DNA of 64,000 nt from an uncultured Gemmatimonadales bacterium (GCA_963851265.1 CAWKNZ010000003.1:96001-160000); one strand, 5' to 3'. Counted from the first letter of the stretch, positions 50,784 to 60,970 are shown. The notes: generated by a model from the letters alone, not told the origin. Translations and numbers: made by a program.

Positions 50784-52328
50784 ATGACGCCAAGCGCGGT
50801 CGCCGGCGTGCTCGTCGCGCTCGGTGCGGTGCTCGCCCTCATGCTCGCCACGCTCCGGCTGCTGCAGCGTTTCGCGCCCGCGGCGTCGGGTGGGCGCGCA
50901 CGGCTGCCGCTCGAAGTCGTGCAGCGGCTCTCGCTCGGGCCCAAGCAGGGCGTCGCGGTGGTCCGGGTAGGCGCGCGAGTGCTGGTGCTCGGAACGGGCG
51001 AGGGCGGCGTGCAGGCGATCGCTGAGCTGGACGGCGACGACCTTGCGGGCGTGCTCGCGGCGGCGTCGGCATCGACGCCCGGCGTGCCGGCCATCGGCGG
51101 TCTCACCGGTGCGCGCTTCGGCGAGGCGCTGCGGACGGCGCTCACGCGCGGCGCCGCTCAGGGTTCGCGCGTCGCGGGCGTGCTCGTGCTTGCGGCCGCG
51201 CTGGCGCGCGCTGGCAGGGCGCAGGTGCCGGCGCGCCCCGCGGCCGGGTCCGCGCCCGCGTCCGCGTCCGCGCCGGCCGTGGTCCCGGCCGCCGCAACCG
51301 GTGCGCCCGGCGCGACCGCGCCGGCCGCCCTCCCCACCTCGACGCAGAACGCGCTCGTGCAGAGCGCGCTCCGTCAGGCCGCGCTGCGCCAGCAGGCGGT
51401 GCAGCAGGTCACGCGCGCCGCGCCGGCGCGCCTCGGCGTCGGCGCGCCGACCGTGGCGGGCGCGCCCGCGACGGTGGGTCCGACGGCGCCCGGTGTGCCC
51501 GCCAGGCCGAGCCCGACGCCGCCGGCGCTCCCCGGACCCGCGGCCGGGTTTGCCGCGCGCCCCCCGTCGGGTACCGCCCCGCCCCCGCCGACGAGCGTCG
51601 TCACCGTCGACACGATGGTCGCCAGGCTCGCGCCGACCATGGACGTGCGCGTGGGCGGCGGCGCCGGTGCGGCGCAGGGACTCCGCCTGAGCGGAACGGT
51701 CGGCGTCGTCGTGATGCTCGGGCTGCTCACGCTGCTGCCCTCGCTCGTCCTGATGATGACGGGGTTCACGCGCATCCTCGTCGTCCTGCAGTTCCTCAAA
51801 CAGGCGCTCGGCACGCAGACCGCGCCGCCCAACCAGCTCGTCGCGGGGCTCGCCCTGTTGCTCACGGGTTTCGTGATGGCGCCGACGGTGGGCGAGATCA
51901 ACCGCACGGCGCTGCAGCCCTGGCTCGGTGGGCAGATCCAGCAGGTCGAGATGCTCGAGCGCGGCGCGAAGCCGCTGCGCGCGTTCATGCTGCGGCAGAC
52001 GCGCGAGCGCGACCTCGAAACCTTTCTCGACCTCAGCCGTGCGCGCGAGGACAGCGCGGCCGTCGCGCCGCGCACGCCCGACGACGTGCCGCTCGTCGTG
52101 CTCACGTCCGCGTTCGTGACGAGCGAGCTCCGCACCTCCTTTCAGCTCGGCTTCGCGCTCTTCCTGCCGTTCATCGTCATCGACGTCGTGGTGAGCGCGG
52201 TACTGACGAGCATGGGGATGATGATGCTCCCCCCGGCGATGGTGTCGCTCCCGTTCAAGTTGCTGCTCTTCGTGCTCGTCGACGGGTGGACCCTCGTCGT
52301 GCAGTCGCTCGTGCAAAGTTTTCGTTAA
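50784..52328 (+). CDS. fliP: FliO-FliP fusion protein (export gate)
   Basis: N-terminal FliO-like (TM plus LSLGPKQGVAVVRVG); C-terminal FliP (MMTGFTRI, PPNQ, SELRTSF, MGMMMLPP, LVDGW). No internal stop. Confidence 0.88.
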   Translation: MTPSAVAGVLVALGAVLALMLATLRLLQRFAPAASGGRARLPLEVVQRLSLGPKQGVAVVRVGARVLVLGTGEGGVQAIAELDGDDLAGVLAAASASTPGVPAIGGLTGARFGEALRTALTRGAAQGSRVAGVLVLAAALARAGRAQVPARPAAGSAPASASAPAVVPAAATGAPGATAPAALPTSTQNALVQSALRQAALRQQAVQQVTRAAPARLGVGAPTVAGAPATVGPTAPGVPARPSPTPPALPGPAAGFAARPPSGTAPPPPTSVVTVDTMVARLAPTMDVRVGGGAGAAQGLRLSGTVGVVVMLGLLTLLPSLVLMMTGFTRILVVLQFLKQALGTQTAPPNQLVAGLALLLTGFVMAPTVGEINRTALQPWLGGQIQQVEMLERGAKPLRAFMLRQTRERDLETFLDLSRAREDSAAVAPRTPDDVPLVVLTSAFVTSELRTSFQLGFALFLPFIVIDVVVSAVLTSMGMMMLPPAMVSLPFKLLLFVLVDGWTLVVQSLVQSFR

Positions 52329-52431
52329 GGGGCCGGTCGAGACGTCTGCAGTCGGCCGCAGGGAGAACGGCCCGTCGGGTGTTTGCGTCTATGTAGGAGA
52401 AGTATCCCTCCACGACACACCTGGCGTTTTC

Positions 52432-53799
52432 ATGGGTTTCGACCGCACGCTCTTCCTCACGCCGTCGCCTCGGCGACGTGCCGCGCTCGGCCTCGGGGCT
52501 CTCGCGACCGCGGTCGGCATCGCCGCGTGTGGCGACTCCGCCTCGACGGCTCCGGCCCGAAACATCTCGCCGGCCGCGACGGCGTACATCGATTCCGGAC
52601 TCTCGTTCGAGAACGGCGTCTTTTACTGGTACAAGAACGTCAACTGGCCCGCCCAACGCGCCGACGTCTTCAAGGTTGCGGGTGCGGCGCAGGTGGACAG
52701 CCAGACGTGGAGCGCGATGGACACGAGCATCGTGCCGTGGCTGCAGAACGCGGATCCCGCGCCCGGTGGCGACCAGCACAGCGCGTTCTTCCCCGCGTCC
52801 GATGCGCCGGGCGTGGTGAACTCGCCCAACAACCCGATCTATCTCACGTCGGGGACGAACTTTCCGCTCAGCGGCTCGACCAACAACGTCGGGTACGTGT
52901 GGCTGCCGACGTACGACGGCACCAACGACACCGGCCGAGCGGACTCGATCCAGACGGTCATCCGCACGCTCGACCAGAGCTCGCCGTGCGGGTGGATCAT
53001 CGACCTGCGCTACAATCCGGGCGGAACGTGGGCGGCGATGCTCGACGGCATCAACCCCATCCTAGGCAACGCGCCGTACGGCAACGGCCAGCAGGGCTTC
53101 CTGAGCATCGTCGACCGTGACGGCGTGAAGTCGTACTTCTTCCTCCAGAACGGCGTGGCGGGAATCACTACCCCCGGCCAGAACGGCGGCTACGACACGG
53201 TTTACACGCGCGCGTCGAGCAACTACACGCTCAAGCGCCCGGGCTCGCCGGTGGCGATCCTGCAGGGCGACGCGACGGCGAGCGCGGGCGAGGAGATCGT
53301 GCTCGCGTTCCGCGGCGTGTCGTTCCCGGTGCGAACGTTCGGCGCAAATACCTACGGGGTGACGACCGCGCCGTACGGTGCGTACATGTACGAACTCGAC
53401 CCTGGCGCGGACAGCAGCTTCCTCAACGTCGTGGGCGCGATCGACGTCGACCGCACCGGAAAGCTGTGGGGCGGGTCGATCCCGCCAACCGTCGCGGTCA
53501 ATGGACCGTCGGGGCAGACCGTCGTTCCGGCCACGACGTCGTCGTCCGATCCGGTCGTGCAGGCCGCGACGCAGTGGCTGCAGACCCAGACCACCTGCGG
53601 TGGCACGGCCGTCTCGTCGCGCTCCGAGGTGCCGGCGCCACTGTTCAGCGTGGCGCCAGTGGCCGCCGCGCCGCGCGCGGGCGCTTCCGCGGCCGGGCCG
53701 CTCCGCCGACCGTCGAGGTACCACGTCGCGCAGGCGCCCCGCGAGCGCCTACGGGCGCGCGTGCTCGGTGGCCGGGCGCGAGTGGCCGGAGGGCGCTGA
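52432..53799 (+). CDS. S41 family serine peptidase, lipoprotein
   Basis: Lipobox IAAC; IIDLRYNPGG; TASAGE. Confidence 0.85.
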   Translation: MGFDRTLFLTPSPRRRAALGLGALATAVGIAACGDSASTAPARNISPAATAYIDSGLSFENGVFYWYKNVNWPAQRADVFKVAGAAQVDSQTWSAMDTSIVPWLQNADPAPGGDQHSAFFPASDAPGVVNSPNNPIYLTSGTNFPLSGSTNNVGYVWLPTYDGTNDTGRADSIQTVIRTLDQSSPCGWIIDLRYNPGGTWAAMLDGINPILGNAPYGNGQQGFLSIVDRDGVKSYFFLQNGVAGITTPGQNGGYDTVYTRASSNYTLKRPGSPVAILQGDATASAGEEIVLAFRGVSFPVRTFGANTYGVTTAPYGAYMYELDPGADSSFLNVVGAIDVDRTGKLWGGSIPPTVAVNGPSGQTVVPATTSSSDPVVQAATQWLQTQTTCGGTAVSSRSEVPAPLFSVAPVAAAPRAGASAAGPLRRPSRYHVAQAPRERLRARVLGGRARVAGGR

Positions 53800-53829
53800 C
53801 CGGACATCCTCCCCACTACCGGCGCCACG

Positions 53830-53977
53830 CGGCAACGCGCGCCGGCTGCACGCGGACGAATCTGCCGGCCGGCACGGGCCGCCACGCGGGATGCATCCCG
53901 CTGGCGGCCCGTTTCGCGTTGTGGCTCAACGACTTACACCGTTCTCACGGCTCCGGGCAGACGGCACCGGCCCTGCC
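53830..53977 (+). promoter_or_regulatory. Sigma54 promoter of fliQ with enhancer boxes and IHF-like site
   Basis: CGGCAACGCGCGCCG (53830), CGGACGAATCTGCCG (53853), CGGCACGGGCCGCCA (53870), CAACGACTTA (53927), CGGCACCGGCCCTGC (53962). Confidence 0.72.
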
Positions 53978-54031
53978 CTACGCGCCTGTGCCTGCTCCCT
54001 CCTGCTCGACCGCCCGCCGCCCGCCACGCCC

Positions 54032-54301
54032 GTGTCCTATCAGCTCGTCGTCGACCTCGCCCGCAACGCGATCCTCCTCGCGCTCATGGTCGCTGGGCCA
54101 ATGCTCGTCGTCGCCCTCGGCGTCGGCCTCGTCGTCAGCATCGTCCAGGCGGTAACGCAGATCCAGGAGCAGACGCTCGCGTTCGTGCCGAAGCTCATCG
54201 CCGTCGCCGCGACGTTCCTGATCGCGCTACCGTGGGCGCTTCAGCTGATGGTGAAGTACACGACCGAGCTGTTCCGCTCGCTCCCGTCGTTCGTTCGCTA
54301 G
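54032..54301 (+). CDS. fliQ: Flagellar export protein FliQ
   Basis: VGLVVSIVQAVTQIQEQTLAFVPKL. Confidence 0.95.
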   Translation: MSYQLVVDLARNAILLALMVAGPMLVVALGVGLVVSIVQAVTQIQEQTLAFVPKLIAVAATFLIALPWALQLMVKYTTELFRSLPSFVR

Positions 54302-54327
54302 CGCGCGCCCCGCCACACCGCCCGCGC

Positions 54328-55110
54328 GTGCCCGTGGACCTGTATGCGCCCGGCGTTCCGCAGGCGCTCGTGCTGCTCGCCGTGCGCCTGACGGGGTTGC
54401 TGCTCGTCGCGCCGGTGTTCTCGGCGCGCACGGTGCCGGTCCGCCTGCGCACCGCGTTCCTACTCGTTCTCACGCTCCTGCTCGCGCCGGCGGCGGTGGC
54501 CGCGCTCGGCCGGCGCGCGGCTGCCGTCACGGTCACGCCCGAAGCGTTCGCGGCCGAGTTGCTCGTCGGCGTCGCGCTCGGCTTCGGCGCGGCGGTCCTT
54601 ATCGGCGCGGTCGAGACGGCGGGCGACCTGATGTCGACCACCGTCGGACTTTCGGGTGCGGCGCTGCTCGACCCGATGACGGGCGCGTCGTCGCCTGTGC
54701 TCGCGCAGTTCTCGCAGCTGTTCGCGGTGACCGTGCTCCTCGCGCTCGACGGGCACCTCGTGATGCTCGACGCCGTGGCCGAGAGCGTGCGCGCGCTGCC
54801 CGTGGGCGGGCCGGTCGACCTGCGGGCCGGGCTCGCGGCGCTCGTCGCGTCGGGTTCGTCGCTCTTCCTGTTAGGCCTGCGCTTCGCCGCCCCGGCGATC
54901 GCGGCGTCGATGATCGGCAACACCGCGCTGGCCGTGCTCACGCGCGTCGCGCCGTCGATCAACGTGCTCACGGTGGCGTTCCCGCTGCAGGCCGCGCTGG
55001 GGCTGACGGCGGTGACCGCCGCCTTCGCGATGACGGCGACGTGGTTCGTCGGCTGGAGCGGGCACTACGGCGACGCGCTCGCCCGCGTCTTCGCCGCGTT
55101 GGCGCCGTGA
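54328..55110 (+). CDS. fliR: Flagellar export protein FliR
   Basis: APVFS..VPVR, AGDLM, DP, DGHL, RVAPSIN. Confidence 0.9.
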   Translation: MPVDLYAPGVPQALVLLAVRLTGLLLVAPVFSARTVPVRLRTAFLLVLTLLLAPAAVAALGRRAAAVTVTPEAFAAELLVGVALGFGAAVLIGAVETAGDLMSTTVGLSGAALLDPMTGASSPVLAQFSQLFAVTVLLALDGHLVMLDAVAESVRALPVGGPVDLRAGLAALVASGSSLFLLGLRFAAPAIAASMIGNTALAVLTRVAPSINVLTVAFPLQAALGLTAVTAAFAMTATWFVGWSGHYGDALARVFAALAP

Positions 55111-55121
55111 GGCGGTAGGCG

Positions 55122-56213
55122 ATGGCCGAGACCGAACAGGAGAAGACCGAAGCCCCGAGCCAGCGGCGGCGCGACGACGCGGCGGACGAGGGGCGCGTCC
55201 CGCGCAGCCCCGAGGTGAACGCGGCCGCCCTGCTGCTCGCCTCGGCGCTCGCGTTCTCGGTGGCCGGGCCCGCGCTCGCGCAGTCGTTGCGCGACATCGT
55301 CGGCACGGGGCTCGGCTTTGGTGCCGCCGGTCAGCTCACGTCTGCGGGTGCGATCGAGCTGATCCGCGCGCTCGGGTGGAAGGCGATGGCGGGGAGCGCC
55401 GGGTTCCTTGCCGCGCTCTCGCTCACCGCGCTCGTCGTCGGCGCGGCGCAGGCCCGCGGCACCTTCACGCTGCAGCCGCTCGCCCCAAAATTCTCGCGGC
55501 TCAACCCGGCCGAGAACGCGAAGCGCGTGGTCGGCACGCAGGGGTTCGTCGAGCTCGGCAAGTCGCTCGTCAAGCTCGTCGTCGTCGGCTGGGCCGTGCG
55601 CGGCGTGCTCGAGGCCGCGTGGCCGGACGTGGTCGCGTTAGGCCAGGAGTCGCCGCGCGCGCTGCTCGAGGTGGCGCGCACGCACGGCATCAAGCTGTTC
55701 GTGCACGCGGGCACGGCCTACCTCGCGCTCGCCGGGGCGGACTACGGCTGGCAGCTCTGGCAGTTCGAGCAGTCGCTGCGGATGACGAAGGAGGAGGTCA
55801 AGCAGGAGTCGCGGCAGCAGGACGGCGATCCGATGGTGAAGCAGCGCATGCGCGCGCTCGCCCGGCAGCGCGCGCGGCGGCAGATGATGAAGGACGTGCC
55901 GAAGGCGGACGTCGTCGTCGTCAACCCGGTGCACATCGCCGTCGCGCTCCGCTACGACCCCGACGTCGCCCCGGCGCCGTACGTGGTCGCGCTCGGGCGC
56001 CGCAAGGTGGCCGAGCGGATCAAGGAGATCGCGTTCGCCTCGGGCGTGCCCGTGGTCGAGAACATCCCGCTCGCCCGCGCGCTGATCGCCGGCGTGCAGT
56101 TGGGCAGCATCATCCCCGCCGAACTCTACGTGGCGGTCGCCGAGGTGCTCGCGTTCGTCCTGCGCCGCCGCGGCGGCGCGCCGCAGCAGCCCACGGTCGA
56201 CGCGTCCGCGTGA
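55122..56213 (+). CDS. flhB: Flagellar export protein FlhB
   Basis: EKTEAPS, MTKEEVKQE..DGDP, NPVH cleavage loop, VAEVLAFV. Confidence 0.95.
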   Translation: MAETEQEKTEAPSQRRRDDAADEGRVPRSPEVNAAALLLASALAFSVAGPALAQSLRDIVGTGLGFGAAGQLTSAGAIELIRALGWKAMAGSAGFLAALSLTALVVGAAQARGTFTLQPLAPKFSRLNPAENAKRVVGTQGFVELGKSLVKLVVVGWAVRGVLEAAWPDVVALGQESPRALLEVARTHGIKLFVHAGTAYLALAGADYGWQLWQFEQSLRMTKEEVKQESRQQDGDPMVKQRMRALARQRARRQMMKDVPKADVVVVNPVHIAVALRYDPDVAPAPYVVALGRRKVAERIKEIAFASGVPVVENIPLARALIAGVQLGSIIPAELYVAVAEVLAFVLRRRGGAPQQPTVDASA

Positions 56214-56253
56214 CCCGCGCCCGACGTCGGCCCCCCACGACCCCGATTCCGCA

Positions 56254-58341
56254 ATGAGTACCGCCGTCCTGCCCGCCGCCGAATCGGCCGGGAAGCGCCG
56301 CGCCGAGGCGGGCATGGCCTTCGCCGTGCTGCTCGTCGTGTCGCTGCTCGTGCTGCCGCTCCCCGGGGTGCTGCTCGACCTCGCGCTCGCGCTCTCGATC
56401 GGGCTGTCGCTCGTCGTGCTGCTCGTCGCGCTCTACACGCACGACCCGCTCGAGTTCAGCTCGTTCCCGGCGCTGCTGCTCGTGATGACGCTGTTCCGCC
56501 TCGCGCTCAACATCTCGAGCACGCGGTTGATCCTCAGCAAGGGCGAGGCGGGCAAGGTCATCCAGGCGTTCGGGCAGTTCATCATCGGCGGCAACTACGC
56601 CGTCGGCCTGGTCATCTTCCTCATCCTCATCGGCATCAACTTCGTCGTCATCACCAAGGGCGCGGGGCGCGTCGCCGAGGTGGCCGCGCGCTTCACGCTC
56701 GACGCGATGCCCGGCAAGCAGATGGCCATCGACGCCGACCTCGGCGCGGGGCTGATCGACGAGAAGGAGGCGCGCCGACGCCGCTCCGAGATCTCGCGCC
56801 TCGCCGACTTCCACGGCGCGATGGACGGTTCGTCCAAGTTCGTCAAGGGCGACGCGATCGCCGCGCTGCTGATCACCGGCGTCAACATCATCGGCGGCAT
56901 CTTCATCGGGGTCGTGCAGCGCGGCATGCCGATCGGCAAGGCGGCGGCGACGTACACCATCCTCACCGTCGGCGACGGGCTCGTGTCGCAGGTGCCGGCG
57001 CTCATCACGAGCACGGCCGCCGGCCTCATGGTCACCGCCGCCGGCCAGGAGGAGCGCATCGGGTCGGTGATCAGCGGGCAGCTCGGGGCCCACCCCCGCG
57101 CGATGTACCTCGCGGCCGGCGTGCTCGGCGCGTTCGCGATCGCGCCCGGCCTGCCCGCGGTCCCCTTCCTCGCCCTCGCCGGCGGGATGGGCGCGTTAGG
57201 CCGCGTCGCCGACACGGCGCAGAAGCGCCAGCGCGCCGTGGTCCAGCGCGCCGCCGAGACGCCCGTCGAGGCGCCCCCGCCGCCGCCCGACCCGATGAAG
57301 GACCTGCTCCAGCTCGACCCGATCGAGCTCGAGGTCGGCTACGCGCTCATCCCGCTCGTCGACGAGAAGCAGGGCGGCGACCTCCTCGAGCGCATCTCGC
57401 TCCTGCGCAAGCAGAGCGCGCTCGAACTCGGCATCCTCATCCCGCCCATCCGCATCCGCGACGACATCCGCCTGCCGAGCAACGAGTACCTCGTCAAGCT
57501 GCGCGGCTCGGAGTGCGCGCGCGCCGAGGTGCTGCCGCGCTTCCTCATGGCGCTCGACACCGGCGGCGTGGTGCAGCAGGTCGACGGCATGGACACGATC
57601 GACCCGAGCTTCGGGATGCCCGCCAAGTGGATTCCGGCATCACGCCGCCAGGACGCCGAGGCGAACGGCTACGTCGTCGTCGAGCCGACCACGGTCGTCG
57701 CCACGCACCTCATCGAGGTGCTCAAGGGGAACGCCGCCGAACTGCTCGGCCGCCAGGACGTGCAGGAGATGGTCGAGACGCTCAAGAAGTCGCACCCCGC
57801 GCTCGTCGACGAGGTGGTGCCCAACAAGATCTCGCTCGGCACGCTCCACCGCGTGCTGCAGCGGCTGCTGCGCGAACGCATCCCCATCCGCGACCTCGTC
57901 ACGATCCTCGAGGCGCTGGGCGACGCGGCCGACACGACCAAGGACCCGGAGCACCTCACGGAGCACGCGCGCCGCGCGCTCGCCAACGTGATCGCGCGCC
58001 TGTTCGCCGACCCGACCGGGGCGGTACGCGGCGTGACGTTAGGCCCGAAGCTCGAGCAGGCGCTCGCGGCGCTGTTCTCGCCCCGTGCCGGGCAGCAGCA
58101 GCAGGCCATGGCGCTGCTCACGCCGGACGGGCTCGCGGGCATGCTGCGCGACCTCAACGCGCAGGCCGTCGCGGGCTCGGTCGACGGGCGGCCGCTGCCG
58201 CTCATCGTCCCGCCGTCGTTGCGCGTGGGCGTGCGCCGGCTGGTCGAGCCGGTGCTTCCCGCGCTGCCGGTCGTCTCGCTCGCCGAGCTGCCGGCGCACG
58301 TGACGCTCCAGAGCGAGGGCGTGTGGGAGATGAGCGGATAG
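56254..58341 (+). CDS. flhA: Flagellar export protein FlhA
   Basis: RVAEVAARFTLDAMPGKQMAIDAD, GAMDGSSKFVKGDA, GDGLVSQ. Confidence 0.97.
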   Translation: MSTAVLPAAESAGKRRAEAGMAFAVLLVVSLLVLPLPGVLLDLALALSIGLSLVVLLVALYTHDPLEFSSFPALLLVMTLFRLALNISSTRLILSKGEAGKVIQAFGQFIIGGNYAVGLVIFLILIGINFVVITKGAGRVAEVAARFTLDAMPGKQMAIDADLGAGLIDEKEARRRRSEISRLADFHGAMDGSSKFVKGDAIAALLITGVNIIGGIFIGVVQRGMPIGKAAATYTILTVGDGLVSQVPALITSTAAGLMVTAAGQEERIGSVISGQLGAHPRAMYLAAGVLGAFAIAPGLPAVPFLALAGGMGALGRVADTAQKRQRAVVQRAAETPVEAPPPPPDPMKDLLQLDPIELEVGYALIPLVDEKQGGDLLERISLLRKQSALELGILIPPIRIRDDIRLPSNEYLVKLRGSECARAEVLPRFLMALDTGGVVQQVDGMDTIDPSFGMPAKWIPASRRQDAEANGYVVVEPTTVVATHLIEVLKGNAAELLGRQDVQEMVETLKKSHPALVDEVVPNKISLGTLHRVLQRLLRERIPIRDLVTILEALGDAADTTKDPEHLTEHARRALANVIARLFADPTGAVRGVTLGPKLEQALAALFSPRAGQQQQAMALLTPDGLAGMLRDLNAQAVAGSVDGRPLPLIVPPSLRVGVRRLVEPVLPALPVVSLAELPAHVTLQSEGVWEMSG

Positions 58342-58420
58342 ACCAGCGCACGGCCCGGCGCGTGGCGCGGCCGGTCGCCACATTGCAGGCGAGCCACCAG
58401 CCACCGCGCCCGCTCCGCCC

Positions 58421-59716
58421 ATGCCGCACCGCCCGCCCGCCCCCCTCGACCCCGAAGAGCGCCTCGACGTCGACGCCGTCCGCGCGCTGCAGCTCGAGCG
58501 ACTGCGGGCCACGCTGCACCGCGCCTACGACGCCGTCCCGCACTACCGCGCGGCGTTCGCGGCGGCGGGCGCGCACCCGGACGACGTGCGTACGCTCGAC
58601 CACCTCGCGCGGCTGCCGTTCACGACCAAGGCCGACCTGCGCGCCGCCTATCCGTTCGGCATGCTCGCGGTGCCGCGCGAACGGCTCGCGCGCGTCCACG
58701 CGTCCACCGGCACCACCGGCCAGCCGACGATCGTCGGCTACACCGCGGCCGACGTCGAGACGTGGGCGCGGCTCGTCGCGCGTTCGCTGCGTGCCGCGGG
58801 CGTGCGCCCGGGCGACCTCGTGCACGTGGCCTACGGCTACGGCCTGTTCACCGGCGGACTCGGGCTGCATTACGGCGCCGAGCGCCTCGGCTGCACGGTC
58901 GTGCCGGCGGGCGGCGGGCAGACGGAGAAGCAGGTGCGCCTCATCGGCGACCTGCGCCCCGACGCGATCTGCGTCACGCCGTCGTACATGCTCGCGCTCG
59001 GCGAAGAATTCGTGCGGCAGGGGCTCGACCCGCGCGAGAGTTCGCTCCGCGTGGGGATCCACGGCGCGGAGCCCTGGTCGGACGGCATCCGCCGGGAGAT
59101 CGAGGCGCGGTTCGCACTCGACGCGGTCGACATCTACGGCCTGTCCGAAGTGATGGGCCCCGGCGTCGCGATGGAGTGCGTCGAGACCAAGGACGGGCCG
59201 CACGTCTGGGAAGACCATTTCTACCCCGAGATCGTCGACCCCGAGACCGGCGCCGTGTTGCCCGAGGGTGCGACGGGCGAACTGGTACTCACCACGCTCA
59301 CGCGCGACGCGATGCCGCTCGTCCGCTATCGCACGCGTGACCTGACCGCGCTGCACCGGGGCACCGCCCGCCCGGGCATGCGCCGCCTCGCGCGCATTCG
59401 CGCGCGGAGCGACGACATGCTGATCGTGCGGGGCGTGAACGTCTTCCCGTCGCAACTCGAGGAGCTGCTGCTCCGCGACGCGCGGTGCAGCCCGCACTGG
59501 CTCGTCGAGGTGCGCCGCGCGGGTACCCTCGACGAGCTCACGCTCGTGGCCGAACTCGCGCCGGGGTGCGACGACGCCGACGCGGTCGCCGCCGCGCTGG
59601 CCGCGCGCGTGAAGGACGTCGTCGGCGTGAGCGCCCGAGTGCGCGCCGTCGCCGCGGGCTCGCTCGAGCGCTCGGCGGGCAAGGCCCGCCGGGTCGTCGA
59701 CCTGCGCTCGTCCTGA
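58421..59716 (+). CDS. paaK: Phenylacetate-CoA ligase (PaaK/PaaF family)
   Basis: HASTGTTG, YGYGLFTGG, GAEPWS, YGLSE, RSDDMLIVRGVNVFP. Confidence 0.92.
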   Translation: MPHRPPAPLDPEERLDVDAVRALQLERLRATLHRAYDAVPHYRAAFAAAGAHPDDVRTLDHLARLPFTTKADLRAAYPFGMLAVPRERLARVHASTGTTGQPTIVGYTAADVETWARLVARSLRAAGVRPGDLVHVAYGYGLFTGGLGLHYGAERLGCTVVPAGGGQTEKQVRLIGDLRPDAICVTPSYMLALGEEFVRQGLDPRESSLRVGIHGAEPWSDGIRREIEARFALDAVDIYGLSEVMGPGVAMECVETKDGPHVWEDHFYPEIVDPETGAVLPEGATGELVLTTLTRDAMPLVRYRTRDLTALHRGTARPGMRRLARIRARSDDMLIVRGVNVFPSQLEELLLRDARCSPHWLVEVRRAGTLDELTLVAELAPGCDDADAVAAALAARVKDVVGVSARVRAVAAGSLERSAGKARRVVDLRSS

Positions 59717-60073
59717 CGCACGGGCGTGCTCGCGCGCGACGCGCGTTCCGTTCGCGCGGCCGCCGCGTGCGCGAGGACGACGCGGGACCGGGCCCGCGCG
59801 CTGCCCTAGGCGCCGCGCGGCACCTCGCCTAACGCTTCGGCGGTCGCGCCGTCGTCGCGCCCGCGGTTCGGCGCGACCGCGAGGGCACGGCGGCGACGCA
59901 CGCCCTCACCGACGCCGCGGCCCGCGTGCGGCGCCGCGCGGGGAGGCTCGGCACCACCGCCGATTTTGCGCGGCCGCCCGTCGGTCGTCCTGTGACCGAT
60001 CTCACTGTGGCACCTCGCCACCGTCGCGCGCGCGCCGTAGCCGCGCCGCGACATCGCCCCCCGCCCGCCCGCC

Positions 60074-60970
60074 GTGAGCTACCCGTCTCTTGCCCAACGC
60101 GCCGCGACGCCCGCCCGTTCGGGCGGTGCGGCCGCCGTGCGCGGGGTGGACGGTCCGCTGCCGCAGATCCTCGTCGCCGCGAGCGGCGCGACGCGCTGCG
60201 GCACCACGCTCGCGAGCGCCCTGGTGGCGGTCACCGCGTCCGCGCTCGGCCGCAACGTGCTGCTCGTCGACGCGACGCAGTCCGGGGGGATGCTGCCGCT
60301 GCTCGGCGCGCCAGCGTCTCCGCCGTTCGCCGCGGTGAGCCCCACACTCACCGCGGCCGCGGCCGACGTCGCGGCGCTCGTGCCGCTGTTCGAAGCGGGG
60401 CCGGTGTCGACCGGCGACGCCGTGCTCGTCGACGCCGGCGCGCGACTCGGCAACGTGTTGGGCGCGCTCGCCGCGGCCCTCGCGGCCGGGGTCACGCCCG
60501 GGCTCCTGGTCGTGACCGGAACCGAGGCCGCGCAGCTCGCTGCCGCGTACGCGCTCATCAAGATCGCCGCCGAGCGCGGCCTGAGTGCCGCCACCGAGGT
60601 GGTGATCGTCGGTGGAGACGAGGCGGAAGCGCGCGACGCGTTCGCGCTCCTCACCGCCGGCGTCCGCCGCTTCCTCGACCGTCCCCTCGCGCTCGCCGCG
60701 CACGTCCCCGAAGACCCGTCGCTCGCCGTCGCGCTCTCGGCGGGCATGTCCGTCCACGACGCCGCCGCGGGCTCGCCCGCGGCGGCCGCCCTCACCGACC
60801 TCGCGGGGCGGTGGGCGGCGTCCGCGCCGGCGCCGGCCGCGGGCGCGCCTAACGAATCCGCGCGCGCGGCGCGCACCTCCCGCCCGCAGCCCGCCGCGTC
60901 CCCGCCCCGCCGGCCCGCCGTTCCCGGCCTCTCCGGCCCCCTCGCCTTCGCCGCCGCACCCGCGCGATGA
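60074..60970 (+). CDS. Degenerate FlhG/FleN (MinD-like) protein
   Basis: MinD-like layout (P-loop remnant SGATRCGTT, VLLVDA, VLVDAG, AYALIK, VPED); overlaps the fliA start. Confidence 0.65.
   Translation: MSYPSLAQRAATPARSGGAAAVRGVDGPLPQILVAASGATRCGTTLASALVAVTASALGRNVLLVDATQSGGMLPLLGAPASPPFAAVSPTLTAAAADVAALVPLFEAGPVSTGDAVLVDAGARLGNVLGALAAALAAGVTPGLLVVTGTEAAQLAAAYALIKIAAERGLSAATEVVIVGGDEAEARDAFALLTAGVRRFLDRPLALAAHVPEDPSLAVALSAGMSVHDAAAGSPAAAALTDLAGRWAASAPAPAAGAPNESARAARTSRPQPAASPPRRPAVPGLSGPLAFAAAPAR

Noticed and set aside
60008..60024. TGGCAC upstream of flhG as a sigma54 promoter
   Set aside because: No GC at the -12 position and no IHF-like box.
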